Positions 19,052 to 29,710 of a stretch of DNA of 64,000 nucleotides are shown one piece after another. The stretch is from Nanobdellota archaeon (lineage in GTDB: Archaea; Nanobdellota; Nanobdellia; Pacearchaeales; GW2011-AR1). A program made the position numbers and the translations under genes. Position 1 is the stretch's first letter; every line of letters begins with the position of its first letter. The stretch lies in assembly GCA_038046005.1 (NCBI GenBank), contig JBBSXB010000001.1, positions 64,001 to 128,000 on the forward strand, given 5' to 3'. The notes under the pieces were generated by a model. That model had not been told where the DNA came from and searched no databases. It saw only the letters and a list, made by a program, of their open reading frames with translations.

Positions 19052-19152
19052 TTTTTATATAAATTCTTAGACATTTCTGTTTAATAAACCAAGCTTTTAA
19101 ATAAAATCTTGTCTAAGGAAAGTTTTATAATCTCTTATTTCTCTTTTCGATT

Positions 19153-19548
19153 ATGGAAAACCCCGAACAGGAATTAATGTTCAAATTAAGTTACTTTGAA
19201 CAGCAGATTAAGCTATTGCAGAATCAACTGGAGGCTGTTGAGCAAGCCTTGTTTGAGCTGTCCAATCTGAGCGACGGGCTGAATGAAATGAAAAATGGAA
19301 AGGACAGAGAAATTTTAGCGAGTGTTGGAAGAGGCATATTCGCAAAAGCAAAACTTTTATCTGACGAGCTTATTGTAGATGTTGGCGGAAAGAATTTTGT
19401 GAAGAAAAGCATTCCAGATACACAGAATATTATTGAAGCTCAATCTGAAAAATTAGAAATGATAAGGAAAGAGCTGGAAGATAATTTGGAAAAGGTTAAT
19501 GAAGAAGTCACCAAAACTTTTGAAGAGGCTCAGAATAAGAGTGGATAA
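19153..19548 (+). CDS. pfdA: prefoldin alpha subunit
   Basis: Coiled coils flanking EILASVGRGIF...IVDVGGKNFVKK. Confidence 0.93.
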   Translation: MENPEQELMFKLSYFEQQIKLLQNQLEAVEQALFELSNLSDGLNEMKNGKDREILASVGRGIFAKAKLLSDELIVDVGGKNFVKKSIPDTQNIIEAQSEKLEMIRKELEDNLEKVNEEVTKTFEEAQNKSG

Positions 19549-19555
19549 AAAAAGG

Positions 19556-20371
19556 CTACTTAGCTTTTCTCACAAACTCACTATAGCTTAATATTCCAAG
19601 CTCACTAATTATCTTTGTTATATATTTTTTAGGCACAAATTCAAATGCAGGATTTTTTATCTTTACATTTCTTGGCACTTTATCCCAAACTTCATTCAAA
19701 GATCTTTGTTCAATTGGAATCTTGTTTTTTGAGAACTTCCAAGAATCAGCGATGATATAAACAGGGACTTTATGGTCATATGCTATTTCTGCAAACATCC
19801 CACTTCCAATTTTGTTTATTATTCCATTTTTTAATAATGCGTCTGCCCCAAGAAATACTTTATCAACTTGAGTGTTTCCCTTTCCTCTGATGATAGCAAT
19901 TCTTGCCCCAGAGTCAGCATATTGTGTAACTTTTATCCCAGCTTTTGCAAGTTCTTTAGCGGTTTTTCTACCTTGATACAAAGGACGAGTTTCAGTATTA
20001 TAAACCTCAAAATTTTTTCCTTTCTTTTTTGTATAAATCAAAGAATTGACTACGTTAGTTGAATGGCAATGTGTAAAAATTTTGTCCTTGTTTTTTATAA
20101 TTTTCAGAACATTGTTATTAATTTCATTTTGTGCCTTATCAAAGTGGAGAACAATTTCATCGTAAGATGATTTTTTGGATAAATCAAGAACCTTAGACAG
20201 CATTGGTTCTGTTGGTCTTGCTAAAAGAAGTTTTTTCTTTGAATTTAAGTTTGGAAGTAAAGAATAAGCTTTCAAAGCAGCTTTTGCAATGTTTCGGGCT
20301 CCTTGAATTTTGACTGATTTTATATCATTTATGATTTTATTAAGAAATCTCTTTTTTGTTAGCAAATCCAT
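19556..20371 (-). CDS. ribose-1,5-bisphosphate isomerase (eIF-2B alpha/beta/delta family)
   Basis: IQGARNIA, RPTEPML, THCHS, ETRPLYQG, GAD, NKIGS, NPAFE. Confidence 0.88.
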   Translation of the reverse strand: MDLLTKKRFLNKIINDIKSVKIQGARNIAKAALKAYSLLPNLNSKKKLLLARPTEPMLSKVLDLSKKSSYDEIVLHFDKAQNEINNNVLKIIKNKDKIFTHCHSTNVVNSLIYTKKKGKNFEVYNTETRPLYQGRKTAKELAKAGIKVTQYADSGARIAIIRGKGNTQVDKVFLGADALLKNGIINKIGSGMFAEIAYDHKVPVYIIADSWKFSKNKIPIEQRSLNEVWDKVPRNVKIKNPAFEFVPKKYITKIISELGILSYSEFVRKAK

Positions 20372-20431
20372 TTTTTAATAATGCAAAAAGAATATAAAAA
20401 GGTTTTTAAAAGTAATCAATGTCAAGTTTAA

Positions 20432-21211
20432 ATGCACTATAAAGAGATAATGCTCCATAGACTTAGAGACTTAGACTCAATTTTAAGAGCTAAAAAGAAA
20501 ACTAAACTGTTTTTGTATGTATTTCTAAGACAAGTTTTTAAGTTAATTGGAATAAATGAAGAAAGAATAAAATCTTTGATTGAAAAAAACGAGTCTAAAG
20601 TTTTTGGAAATATTTTTTATGTTAGAGAAAAAACTTTAGACTTTCTGTTTGTATCAAAGTATTACGAACCAGAAACAACTAATTTTATAAGAAAAACAAA
20701 AGGCGATGTTTTTATTGATGTTGGAGCGCACATTGGAAGATATGCTGTTTTGAGTTCTGAAAGTTATAAAAAAGTTTATGCCATAGAACCTCATCCAGGG
20801 AATTTTAAATCTCTTAATAAAAATGTAAAACGCAATAATTTGAAAAACGTTTTTTGTTTAAATTTTGCTGCTTCTAATTTTGAAAAAACACTTTTTTTGG
20901 AAGATTTAAACATAAATACTGGAACAGTGAAAATTGATCCAGATGGTAAAATTAAGGTTAAGGCGAAAAAACTAGACAACTTGATTAAAAAAAATTCTAT
21001 AAACGTCAGAGATTTGGGTTTGGTGCTCATTGACGTAGAGGGTCATGAGATTGAGGTCTTAAATGGTGCAAAGAACATGTTAAAGATAGGCAAGGCAAAA
21101 CTTATAGTAGAAACTTTTGACTTAGAAAAATTGACCAGATTTCTTGAAAAGTATGGTTACAAAAAAAGAAGAATTTTCGATTACTACAATTATTTATTCG
21201 TAAAAGAATAA
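20432..21211 (+). CDS. FkbM-family SAM methyltransferase
   Basis: IDVGAHIGRY, IEPHP, IDVEGHEIEVLNGA. Confidence 0.9.
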   Translation: MHYKEIMLHRLRDLDSILRAKKKTKLFLYVFLRQVFKLIGINEERIKSLIEKNESKVFGNIFYVREKTLDFLFVSKYYEPETTNFIRKTKGDVFIDVGAHIGRYAVLSSESYKKVYAIEPHPGNFKSLNKNVKRNNLKNVFCLNFAASNFEKTLFLEDLNINTGTVKIDPDGKIKVKAKKLDNLIKKNSINVRDLGLVLIDVEGHEIEVLNGAKNMLKIGKAKLIVETFDLEKLTRFLEKYGYKKRRIFDYYNYLFVKE

Positions 21212-21249
21212 TTACGAAACTTTAAAAATTCTTCCTGCGTGCTAGAGAA

Positions 21250-22110
21250 ATGCTTGAGTCTATTATAAATCCAAAGAATGTTGAAAAGGGATCGTGGAAA
21301 ATGCTTTTTATAGGTTTAATATACGGTTCTCTTTCATTATTGTTGGTTAAATGGTTTTTTGGAGGAGATGTCGTCCTTTCAAAATTTTCAGGAATGATAA
21401 CTGTGACTTTTTGTGTCATGTTTTCTCTGCCATTTATGTATTACCTAATAAAACAAGAAGAGGAAGAAGATGAGGAGATTGAAGGATTTTTTAGTGTATG
21501 GAAAATGCACAAAAATGCAGTGTACTCATTCATGTGGCTTTTTTTGGGATTTATAATCTCTTTCGCATTGTGGTATATGATTTTGCATGACTCTAATTTG
21601 TTCAATGCTCAGGTAGAAACATATTGTTTGATAAATAGCCCGGGAAACATAGAAGGGTGTGTCGCGAGGTATAATATAGAGAATACTGTTTCGACGACAG
21701 GAGCCGCAACTAAAGAGCTAAGACTTCTTTCAATTATAGAGAATAATGTCTATGTTATGATATTCACCCTTATCTTCTCTCTTATTTTTGGTGCTGGAGC
21801 AATATTTGTTTTGGCTTGGAATGCAAGCGTCATATCTGCTGCAATTGGAATCTTTACAAATTATAAGATTAGTGAGATTCCATTTGGACTTCTGAGATAT
21901 ATGATTCATGGGTTCCCTGAAATAACTGCTTATTTTATAACTGCTTTGGCTGGGGGAATATTTGGTGTTGGGATAATAAGGAATGGGGTAAAAAGCCCCA
22001 AATTTTTAAGAATAGTTGAAAATGTAGTTGTTTTACTTTTTATAGCAATACTTATCTTAATTGTTGCAGGAATTATTGAAGTGTATTTCACCCCCATACT
22101 CTTTAATTGA
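21250..22110 (+). CDS. SpoIIM/DUF95-family membrane protein
   Basis: LAWNASVI, HGFPEI, AGIIEVY. Confidence 0.8.
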   Translation: MLESIINPKNVEKGSWKMLFIGLIYGSLSLLLVKWFFGGDVVLSKFSGMITVTFCVMFSLPFMYYLIKQEEEEDEEIEGFFSVWKMHKNAVYSFMWLFLGFIISFALWYMILHDSNLFNAQVETYCLINSPGNIEGCVARYNIENTVSTTGAATKELRLLSIIENNVYVMIFTLIFSLIFGAGAIFVLAWNASVISAAIGIFTNYKISEIPFGLLRYMIHGFPEITAYFITALAGGIFGVGIIRNGVKSPKFLRIVENVVVLLFIAILILIVAGIIEVYFTPILFN

Positions 22111-22157
22111 TAGGACAAATAAGTAATCTTTAAAAATAATCTTTTAATTTTATATTA

Positions 22158-23156
22158 ATGGAGATGCTTTTGATTCTTACAATTTTTATAAGTTTTAGTG
22201 TTACGTTTCTGATAATCCCGTACTGGATAAGAAAAGCTAGAGAAAATGGAATGGTTGCAAGAGACATGCACAAAAATGGAAAAGATGGTGTTGCAGAACA
22301 TGGAGGAATTCCTGTTTTGTTTGGGTTGACAATCGGAATTTTGTCTTATATTGCTTTGAAAACATTTTATTTCAAATCAGATGGTGAAACGATTTTTATT
22401 TTTGCATTGCTAAGTTCTGTTTTGATTAGTTCTATTGTTGGCCTTATGGACGATCTTCTCGGTTGGAAAAAAGGATTATCTAAAAAAATAAGACTTATTG
22501 CCATAGCTTTTGCAGCAATACCACTAATGGTAGTAAATGCGGGAGTAGATTCAGTTAGTTTACCTATTATTGGAGGGGTTAACTTTGGATTATTATTCCC
22601 TCTAGTGATTATACCTTTAGGGATTGTTGGAGCTACAACAACTTTTAATTTTTTAGCAGGTTATAATGGATTGGAATCGAGCCAAGGAATTTTAATTCTA
22701 GGGGCTTTAGCTCTGGCAACATACATTACTGGAAGCAGTTGGGTGACTATTATTTGTTTATGTGGTGTAGCCTCACTTAGTGCCTTTTACATATTTAACA
22801 AACATCCTGCAGACATATTTCCAGGAAATATTTTAACTTATCTCACTGGAACTATGATTGCAGCAGTAGCGATTATAGGTAATGTAGAAAAAATAGCAAT
22901 AATTTTCTTTATCCCTTACATTATTCAGACTGTATTGAAAGTAAGAGGAGGATTAAAAAAAGAGAGTTTTGCTGGTTTAAACAAAGATGGAAGTTTAGAA
23001 ATGCCATATGACAAAGTATATGGATTAGAACATATAGCAATAGTAGTGTTAAAAAAAATAAGACCAAGCAAAAAAGTTTATGAAAAAGACGTTGTTTATT
23101 TGATAAACATTTTCCAGATTATATTTATTGCAATTGGATTTTTGACAATCTTATGA
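22158..23156 (+). CDS. aglH: UDP-GlcNAc:dolichyl-phosphate GlcNAc-1-P transferase (GPT/MraY family)
   Basis: DMHK, GLMDD, NFLAGYNGLE, IFPGN; adjacent to aglB. Confidence 0.88.
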   Translation: MEMLLILTIFISFSVTFLIIPYWIRKARENGMVARDMHKNGKDGVAEHGGIPVLFGLTIGILSYIALKTFYFKSDGETIFIFALLSSVLISSIVGLMDDLLGWKKGLSKKIRLIAIAFAAIPLMVVNAGVDSVSLPIIGGVNFGLLFPLVIIPLGIVGATTTFNFLAGYNGLESSQGILILGALALATYITGSSWVTIICLCGVASLSAFYIFNKHPADIFPGNILTYLTGTMIAAVAIIGNVEKIAIIFFIPYIIQTVLKVRGGLKKESFAGLNKDGSLEMPYDKVYGLEHIAIVVLKKIRPSKKVYEKDVVYLINIFQIIFIAIGFLTIL

Positions 23157-23224
23157 TTATTGTTCTGTGAATTATACCTTACAAAATCCATAAACCTTTA
23201 AAATGCCTTATTCTTAATGTCTAA

Positions 23225-26188
23225 ATGACCGACGAAGAAAATAATGTTGGAAAAGAAAGCGAGAAAAAAGAATTTAATGAACATGTTCACCACAAAAAAA
23301 GCAGTGATGAAATTGATTTTTCCAAGTTTGTTAATGTGGTAAATAAAAATAATTATGTTTTAGTTTTTTCTATGCTTTCTCTTTTAGCACTAATAGTCAG
23401 CATTTTAAGTCTTGCAAAAGCAAATGTTGGAATCAGCGTTGTTAACAATCTGATTAATTTATTTCCTACTTGGATTTTTTTGTTTCTTTTTGCAATGCTG
23501 ATTTTATCATCTATATGTGCTTACTTTGAAAAATATGCAATAATGTTTTTGCCATTGTTGATATGGATTATGTTTACAACTGCTTATGTAAGAACATCAA
23601 ATTTAAGCCAGCTCAAAGATATAACTACTGGAGGCTATACTCTTGGACCAGATTTAGATCCATTCTTATACTTAAGAAATGCTCAAGAAATTCTGAGAGG
23701 AACTCTCCAAAATCCTGACCCCATGAGATATGTCCCGCTTGGTTCACAAAACTACGCATTTGGTAATTTAATGCCTTGGGCACTTGTTTTTGTGTTTAAG
23801 ATATTTTCTATATTTAGCAAAGTATCTCTAGAATATGCGGCAAACGTAACGCCCGTAATTTTCTTTTTAATATCGATGGTTGGGTTTTTTCTATTTAATA
23901 GAAGCATTTTTTCAATAAAATTTTCAAAAAACTTCGCAACAGCCGTAGCTATATTAGCTAGCGCCATTTATGCATTTTTGCCACAAATGCTCCATAGAAC
24001 AACTGGTGGAATCCCTGAAATTGAAAGTTTAGGAATGGTTTGGTTTTGGTTTGCGTTGCTATTTTTTACACTTGCTTGGAAAAATAAAGATAAGAAAAAC
24101 TGGATAATTTACGGTGCTATAGCCGGAATCTTCACAGGATTAATGTCTTGGACTTGGGGAGGGTATAGATATTTGTATATGGCCATAAGTGCAACTTCGT
24201 TTGTGTTCTTTTTATTTGAAAAAAATAGAAAAAAGAATTTTTACATATTCTTATCATGGGCAATTCCTGCCTTAATTCTAGAATTTTTAAGACTTAAAAG
24301 TTTATCAGCAATGATAATTAAAGTGAGTGATACTGGCTCGGCTATATTTATACTGTCCATATTCCTTGTTGATGTTTTAGTTGTAAAGACAAAACTAAAA
24401 GAAAGATTCTTCAAAAAGATACCTTTAAATGGAAGTCTGTTAAGTATAGCTATAGATGTTTTGCTCATAATAATATTCTTATTAGTGCTTAATCCTAGTT
24501 TCTTGATAAATTCTACTTCAGGATTGATCCAAGGATTACTTTATCCATTTGGAAGAGGAAGAGTGGGAGTGACTGTTGCAGAAAACAAAGTCCCATATTT
24601 TTCAGAGATATTGGGCAATTTTGGAAACTTATTTTGGATTTTCCTCTTAGGAAATTTAGTAATATTTTGGGAATCTGCAAAAGAACTGAATAAAAAGAAA
24701 AGAATAACTCTCACAGCATTCTTTGTGTTATTACTTGCAGGATTATCTTTTTCTAGAATTTCGACAAGCAATTTATTGAATGGAAATAATCTCTTTTCAG
24801 ATGTTTTTTACTTAAGTGGAATTATTTTATTTGGTGGTGCCATGGTTTATACTTGTTATAAAGCAAAAAGATTGAATGATGAGAGCACTTTGGATGGGTT
24901 AAAAAAAATAGGAGTTGCTGAAGTTTTAATTTTAGCACTTTCATTTTTTGCATTAGTCTCTACACGTGGGGCGATTAGATTATTTTTTATAATAGCCCCA
25001 TTAATTACAATAGTTGTTGCATACATTCCTGTTAGGATAACCAAATCAATAAAAGACAACAGAGAAAAAGGGAAAAAGAATAATCTTGTTCTTTGGATTT
25101 TGTTTTTCGTATCAATACTAGCAATCCTAGGAGTTGGTATAAATAATGCAAACAGCACTTATGCCGAAGCAAGGTCTACAGTTCCAGGCATTTATGAACA
25201 ATACTGGCAAAACGCAATGGCTTGGGTTAGAGAAAATACTACTGAAGGAAGTGTATTTGTTCATTGGTGGGACTATGGGTATTGGGTGCAAACTATTGGA
25301 GAACGACCGACAGTAACAGATGGGGGGCACTACATTGATTATTGGGATCATTTAATTGGAAGATATGTTTTAACTACTCCTTACCCAGAAACAGCACTTA
25401 GTTTCATGAAAACACATAATGTATCTTATTTGTTGATAGATGAGACTGATTTGGGAAAATACTCTGCATACTCTAGCATAGGAAATGATCAAGACAATAA
25501 TGACAGAATGTCCTGGATCTCGATGATGTTGCTAGACCAAAAACAAACTCAAGAAACTAGCAATTCCACAATAATGGTTTATGCTGGAGGAAGCGCACTT
25601 GATGAAGACTTAATCTACAACCAAGGGGATAAAGAAATTTTTCTTCCTGAAGGAAAAGCAGGTTTAGCCGCGGTGATAATTGAAAACAAAAAATCAAATG
25701 AAAGCAGCCAGATTGGACAGCCAGTAGGAATTTTTGTGTATAATGGGCAACAGTTCAGAATTCCGATAAAAAGAATTTTCTTGAACAATAAGCTGATTAA
25801 TTTTGATGAAGGAATAAATGCCACTGTCTTTTTGATTCCAACACTAGAGAACGCTCAAAATGGGGGTTTAAGAATAAACAATCTTGGGGGAATTATTTAT
25901 TTGTCTAGAAAGGTGCAAGATGGTCTTTTTGCACAGCTTTATCTTATGGATGACCCTTCAAAAGAGTATCCAACTCTAAGCTTAGCCCATGTTGAACCAG
26001 ATCCATTAATAGGCAACATTAAGTCACGTGGAGCGGCAGATTTAGGGGATTTTATATATTACCAAGGATTTAGGGGTCCAATGAAAATCTGGAAAGTCAG
26101 TTACCCAGATAGCATAATTAGCCGAGAGGAATTCTTGAGAACTGATGGATTATTTGGAGAATTTGATAACCTGACTTTTACAAAATAA
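23225..26188 (+). CDS. aglB: oligosaccharyltransferase (STT3)
   Basis: DLDPF, TVAEN, WWDYGYW, multi-TM N-terminal half. Confidence 0.96.
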   Translation: MTDEENNVGKESEKKEFNEHVHHKKSSDEIDFSKFVNVVNKNNYVLVFSMLSLLALIVSILSLAKANVGISVVNNLINLFPTWIFLFLFAMLILSSICAYFEKYAIMFLPLLIWIMFTTAYVRTSNLSQLKDITTGGYTLGPDLDPFLYLRNAQEILRGTLQNPDPMRYVPLGSQNYAFGNLMPWALVFVFKIFSIFSKVSLEYAANVTPVIFFLISMVGFFLFNRSIFSIKFSKNFATAVAILASAIYAFLPQMLHRTTGGIPEIESLGMVWFWFALLFFTLAWKNKDKKNWIIYGAIAGIFTGLMSWTWGGYRYLYMAISATSFVFFLFEKNRKKNFYIFLSWAIPALILEFLRLKSLSAMIIKVSDTGSAIFILSIFLVDVLVVKTKLKERFFKKIPLNGSLLSIAIDVLLIIIFLLVLNPSFLINSTSGLIQGLLYPFGRGRVGVTVAENKVPYFSEILGNFGNLFWIFLLGNLVIFWESAKELNKKKRITLTAFFVLLLAGLSFSRISTSNLLNGNNLFSDVFYLSGIILFGGAMVYTCYKAKRLNDESTLDGLKKIGVAEVLILALSFFALVSTRGAIRLFFIIAPLITIVVAYIPVRITKSIKDNREKGKKNNLVLWILFFVSILAILGVGINNANSTYAEARSTVPGIYEQYWQNAMAWVRENTTEGSVFVHWWDYGYWVQTIGERPTVTDGGHYIDYWDHLIGRYVLTTPYPETALSFMKTHNVSYLLIDETDLGKYSAYSSIGNDQDNNDRMSWISMMLLDQKQTQETSNSTIMVYAGGSALDEDLIYNQGDKEIFLPEGKAGLAAVIIENKKSNESSQIGQPVGIFVYNGQQFRIPIKRIFLNNKLINFDEGINATVFLIPTLENAQNGGLRINNLGGIIYLSRKVQDGLFAQLYLMDDPSKEYPTLSLAHVEPDPLIGNIKSRGAADLGDFIYYQGFRGPMKIWKVSYPDSIISREEFLRTDGLFGEFDNLTFTK

Positions 26189-26236
26189 CTTTCTTAGATA
26201 CATAAAGCTTTAAAATGAGTTTAGTTAAATTTTAAT

Positions 26237-27349
26237 ATGCAAACGAATCATTCTAGAATAGCTGTTGTAATTGGCACAAAAGCTGAGTTGATTAAATGTA
26301 TGCCCATAATGGTAGAACTGCAAAAGCAAAAGAAGGATTACTTTTTTATACATACTGGCCAACATCCACTAGGCAAGATATGCAAAGACTTTGGAATAAA
26401 AAAACCAGATTTTGTATTGAGTCCCGAGCCCAAAATAAGCACAAAATTTTGGTCAAAAATTAACAGAATTTCTTTTTTGTGGTTTTTTTCAATGATTTTC
26501 AAGATTAAAGAGGTTATAAAAAAGATAAATCCAAAATATGTTGTTTACCATGGCGACACTATGAGCACTGCTGCAGCTGCAATAGGGTCCAGTAAAATTA
26601 TTAATCCTTTAAAAAAATGGACAAACGTACATCTGGAAGCTGGCTTAAGATCAGGCTCATTGTTTGAGCCTTTTCCTGAGGAAATATCAAGAAGAATTTC
26701 AGACTCTTTTTCTGATATCCTCTTAGCAGTATCAGATCTTACAGAAGATAACCTAAGAAAAAGCTATGGGAATAAAAAAATAATCTTAAAGACTGGCAAT
26801 ACTATTATTGATTCATCTTTGTATACTTACAAAAAAATAGAAAAAAAATTTAAAAAAGAAAAAGAAGGGTATGTGTTGATCAATATTCACAGACATGAAC
26901 ATCTAAGAAATAAAGAGAATTTAAGAAAAATTGTAGAGGTCATTAACTCTATAAAAACAAAGGGAATCTGGCCGCTTCATGATAATACAGAATATTATCT
27001 TAAAAAGTATGGTCTTTTTGAAAAAATTAATAGAAAAAAAATTTTGATAACACCTTTAAAGACTTATGAAGAGTTTATTTTTCTTCTTGCAAATTGCAAA
27101 TATCTCATTGCTGATGGTGGCTCAATCCAAGAAGAAAGCCTTGTTTTTAAAAAACCTTGTTTAGTTCTAAGAAATAGAACTGAAAGACAAGAAGGACTTA
27201 AAACGGGAATTAATTTTCTCACAATGGATGTAAAAAAAGCAAAGGAAATAATAAAAAGTTTAGACAACAACAAGATAAAGATTAAACCTTTCAAAAATCC
27301 GTACGGAGAACCGGGCTTAAGTAAAAAAATAATTGAAATACTAAGATGA
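26237..27349 (+). CDS. wecB: UDP-N-acetylglucosamine 2-epimerase
   Basis: GTKAELIK, HTGQH, HGDT, HLEAGLRS, PFPEE, DGGSIQEE, TERQE. Confidence 0.92.
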   Translation: MQTNHSRIAVVIGTKAELIKCMPIMVELQKQKKDYFFIHTGQHPLGKICKDFGIKKPDFVLSPEPKISTKFWSKINRISFLWFFSMIFKIKEVIKKINPKYVVYHGDTMSTAAAAIGSSKIINPLKKWTNVHLEAGLRSGSLFEPFPEEISRRISDSFSDILLAVSDLTEDNLRKSYGNKKIILKTGNTIIDSSLYTYKKIEKKFKKEKEGYVLINIHRHEHLRNKENLRKIVEVINSIKTKGIWPLHDNTEYYLKKYGLFEKINRKKILITPLKTYEEFIFLLANCKYLIADGGSIQEESLVFKKPCLVLRNRTERQEGLKTGINFLTMDVKKAKEIIKSLDNNKIKIKPFKNPYGEPGLSKKIIEILR

Positions 27350-28446
27350 AAAAAATTAAGGTATACCTCCAATTTCCATGGAATATTTCTGATTCACAAT
27401 ATTACAAAAGTTTGATAGAAAATCCCCCAGAAGGAGTAGAATACAAAAACACCACATCAAGAATTGGCATGATATCTTCGGGGAAAAAATTAGCCTGGTT
27501 TAATTTTTTGAAAAGACAAATAAGAAGCTGGACCAAAAAATTTGGAATGGTTATTGTTAATTCCCACCTCACAAAAACAAATGGAGATTTTGATTTAATA
27601 CATTGTGCTCATTGTCTTAGTAAAAATTTAGACAAACCTTGGGTGGCAGATTTTGAATCATGGTGGCAAATGTGGATTTCTGGGAGAGACAGCATAAGAG
27701 GAAGAGACAAAGTTTTAGAAATTTTAAAGAGAAAAGAATGTAAAAAGATACTAACCTGGACTCCGGCTGCAAAAGTCGAGATAGAAAAAAAATTTCCAGA
27801 AATTAAAAATAAGTTAGAAGTGGTAACTTTTGCTATGCCTTTTAGAAAAATAAAAAAGAAAAATAAAAAAGAAAAAGTTCTTTTATTTGTGTCAAGGTAT
27901 TTCTTCCATAAGGGAGGATTGCATGCACTAGAGGTTTTTGATAGAATAACCAAACAAGAAAAAAATGTTAGGGCTATATTGGTCTCAGATGTCCCAGAAA
28001 ACATAAAAGAAAAATATTCGCTCAATAAAAAAATACAGATACATGGACTAATGTCTAGTTCTAAGATAATAAAAGAAATTTTTCCTATGGCAGACATATT
28101 TGTTTATCCGGGTTATAGTGACACATTTGGGTTTGTTTTTGTAGAAGCATTATCTTTTGGCTTGCCAATTGTGACCGTGGAAGGTTTTTCTAGAAATTTT
28201 ATTGTCAAAGATGGTGAAACAGGATTTATAATAAAAAAAGACGCAGAGATTGAAATAGAGGCTTTAGGGAAAAAAGAAGAAATTATTGTTCAGAGGATGG
28301 TTGAAAAAACATTAACAATATTAAAAGATGAAAAACTGAGAAGGAAAATGTCACAAAATTGTATAGAAGAAGTTAAAAATGGTAAATTCTCTATAAAAGA
28401 AAGAAATAGTAAGCTGAAAAAAATTTATGAGGGAGCTATAATATAG
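27346..28446 (+). CDS. glycosyltransferase family 4
   Basis: KGG, DIFVYP, DTFGFVFVEALSFGLP. Confidence 0.9.
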   Translation: MKKIKVYLQFPWNISDSQYYKSLIENPPEGVEYKNTTSRIGMISSGKKLAWFNFLKRQIRSWTKKFGMVIVNSHLTKTNGDFDLIHCAHCLSKNLDKPWVADFESWWQMWISGRDSIRGRDKVLEILKRKECKKILTWTPAAKVEIEKKFPEIKNKLEVVTFAMPFRKIKKKNKKEKVLLFVSRYFFHKGGLHALEVFDRITKQEKNVRAILVSDVPENIKEKYSLNKKIQIHGLMSSSKIIKEIFPMADIFVYPGYSDTFGFVFVEALSFGLPIVTVEGFSRNFIVKDGETGFIIKKDAEIEIEALGKKEEIIVQRMVEKTLTILKDEKLRRKMSQNCIEEVKNGKFSIKERNSKLKKIYEGAII

Positions 28447-28450
28447 CAAA

Positions 28451-29710
28451 ATGGACAATACAATTGAAGCTGTTAAAAATTGCAGAGCTTGTGGAGCAAA
28501 TAATTTTGTGCCGATACTATCTTTAGGAAATCAATTTATTACTAACTTTGTTTCGTCAGAAAAGGAACAAGGAGAAAAAGTCCCATTGGATTTGATTTTG
28601 TGCAATGATTGTAAAGTTATGCAGCTGAGACATAGTGCTCCTCCAGAAGCCATGTGGGGGGATCAATATTGGTATAAATCTGGAATTAGCAGCACTATAA
28701 AAGCAGATTTAAAAGATATTGCTGAAAAAGCCCAACAATTGGCCAAGTTAAATAATAATGATATTGTTATTGACATTGGATGCAATGACGGAACTATGCT
28801 AGATTTTTACAAGGGGAAAAATCTTAGTTTAGTAGGATTTGAGCCGTCTAAAAATGTTGCAAGAGAAGCTTCAGCAAAGGGACATAAAGTTATAAATGAT
28901 TTTTTTAACGCTGAGAGTTTTAAAAAGGAGTTTGGCAATAAAAAAGCAAAAATAATAACAGCTATCTCCATGTTTTATGATCTTGAAGATCCAAACAAAT
29001 TTTTAAAAGACATAGTATCTGTGATGGACAAAGAGGGGATATTTATAATACAACAAAATTATTTGCTTACCATGTTAGAACAAAACGCTTTTGATAATAT
29101 TTGCCATGAACACAGAGAGTATTATTCTGTTTACTCACTAAAGAAACTCTTGAATAAACACAACTTAGAGATATTTGATGCCGAACAGAATAGCATAAAT
29201 GGTGGAAGTGTAAGAACCTACATAAGACTGAAAAATAATAAAAATGTTAATGGATTTTCTGGAGCAGAAGAAAGGTTAAAAAAAATAGAAGAAGCTGAAA
29301 TGAAAGCTAAATTAGACTCTGAACTCCCATACAGAAAATTTGCATCTAGGGTTGATGGTATAAAAAATAAGTTAATGGATTTTTTAAAAGAGGAAAAGAA
29401 AAAAGGGAAAAAGATATGGATCTACGGGGCTTCCACAAGAGGAAATGTTATACTACAATACTTTGGCCTTGGACCAAACCTAATTGATTGCATAGCCGAC
29501 ATGAACCCAGACAAATGGGGTAAAAAAACCGTTGGCTCTTTAATCCCAATTGATTCTCCAAAAAAAATGAGAGAAGCAAATCCAGATTTTTTAGTAGTGA
29601 ACACTTGGCATTTTTTGGATGAGATAGTTAATCAAGAAAAAGAATATTTTAACAAAGGGGGTAAATTTGTCGTCGCTCTCCCAGATTTCAAGACCATTGA
29701 TAAGACTTAG
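28451..29710 (+). CDS. NDP-hexose C-methyltransferase
   Basis: N-terminal CRAC/CNDC zinc site, DIGCNDG, FDNICHEH, YGASTRG. Confidence 0.88.
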   Translation: MDNTIEAVKNCRACGANNFVPILSLGNQFITNFVSSEKEQGEKVPLDLILCNDCKVMQLRHSAPPEAMWGDQYWYKSGISSTIKADLKDIAEKAQQLAKLNNNDIVIDIGCNDGTMLDFYKGKNLSLVGFEPSKNVAREASAKGHKVINDFFNAESFKKEFGNKKAKIITAISMFYDLEDPNKFLKDIVSVMDKEGIFIIQQNYLLTMLEQNAFDNICHEHREYYSVYSLKKLLNKHNLEIFDAEQNSINGGSVRTYIRLKNNKNVNGFSGAEERLKKIEEAEMKAKLDSELPYRKFASRVDGIKNKLMDFLKEEKKKGKKIWIYGASTRGNVILQYFGLGPNLIDCIADMNPDKWGKKTVGSLIPIDSPKKMREANPDFLVVNTWHFLDEIVNQEKEYFNKGGKFVVALPDFKTIDKT

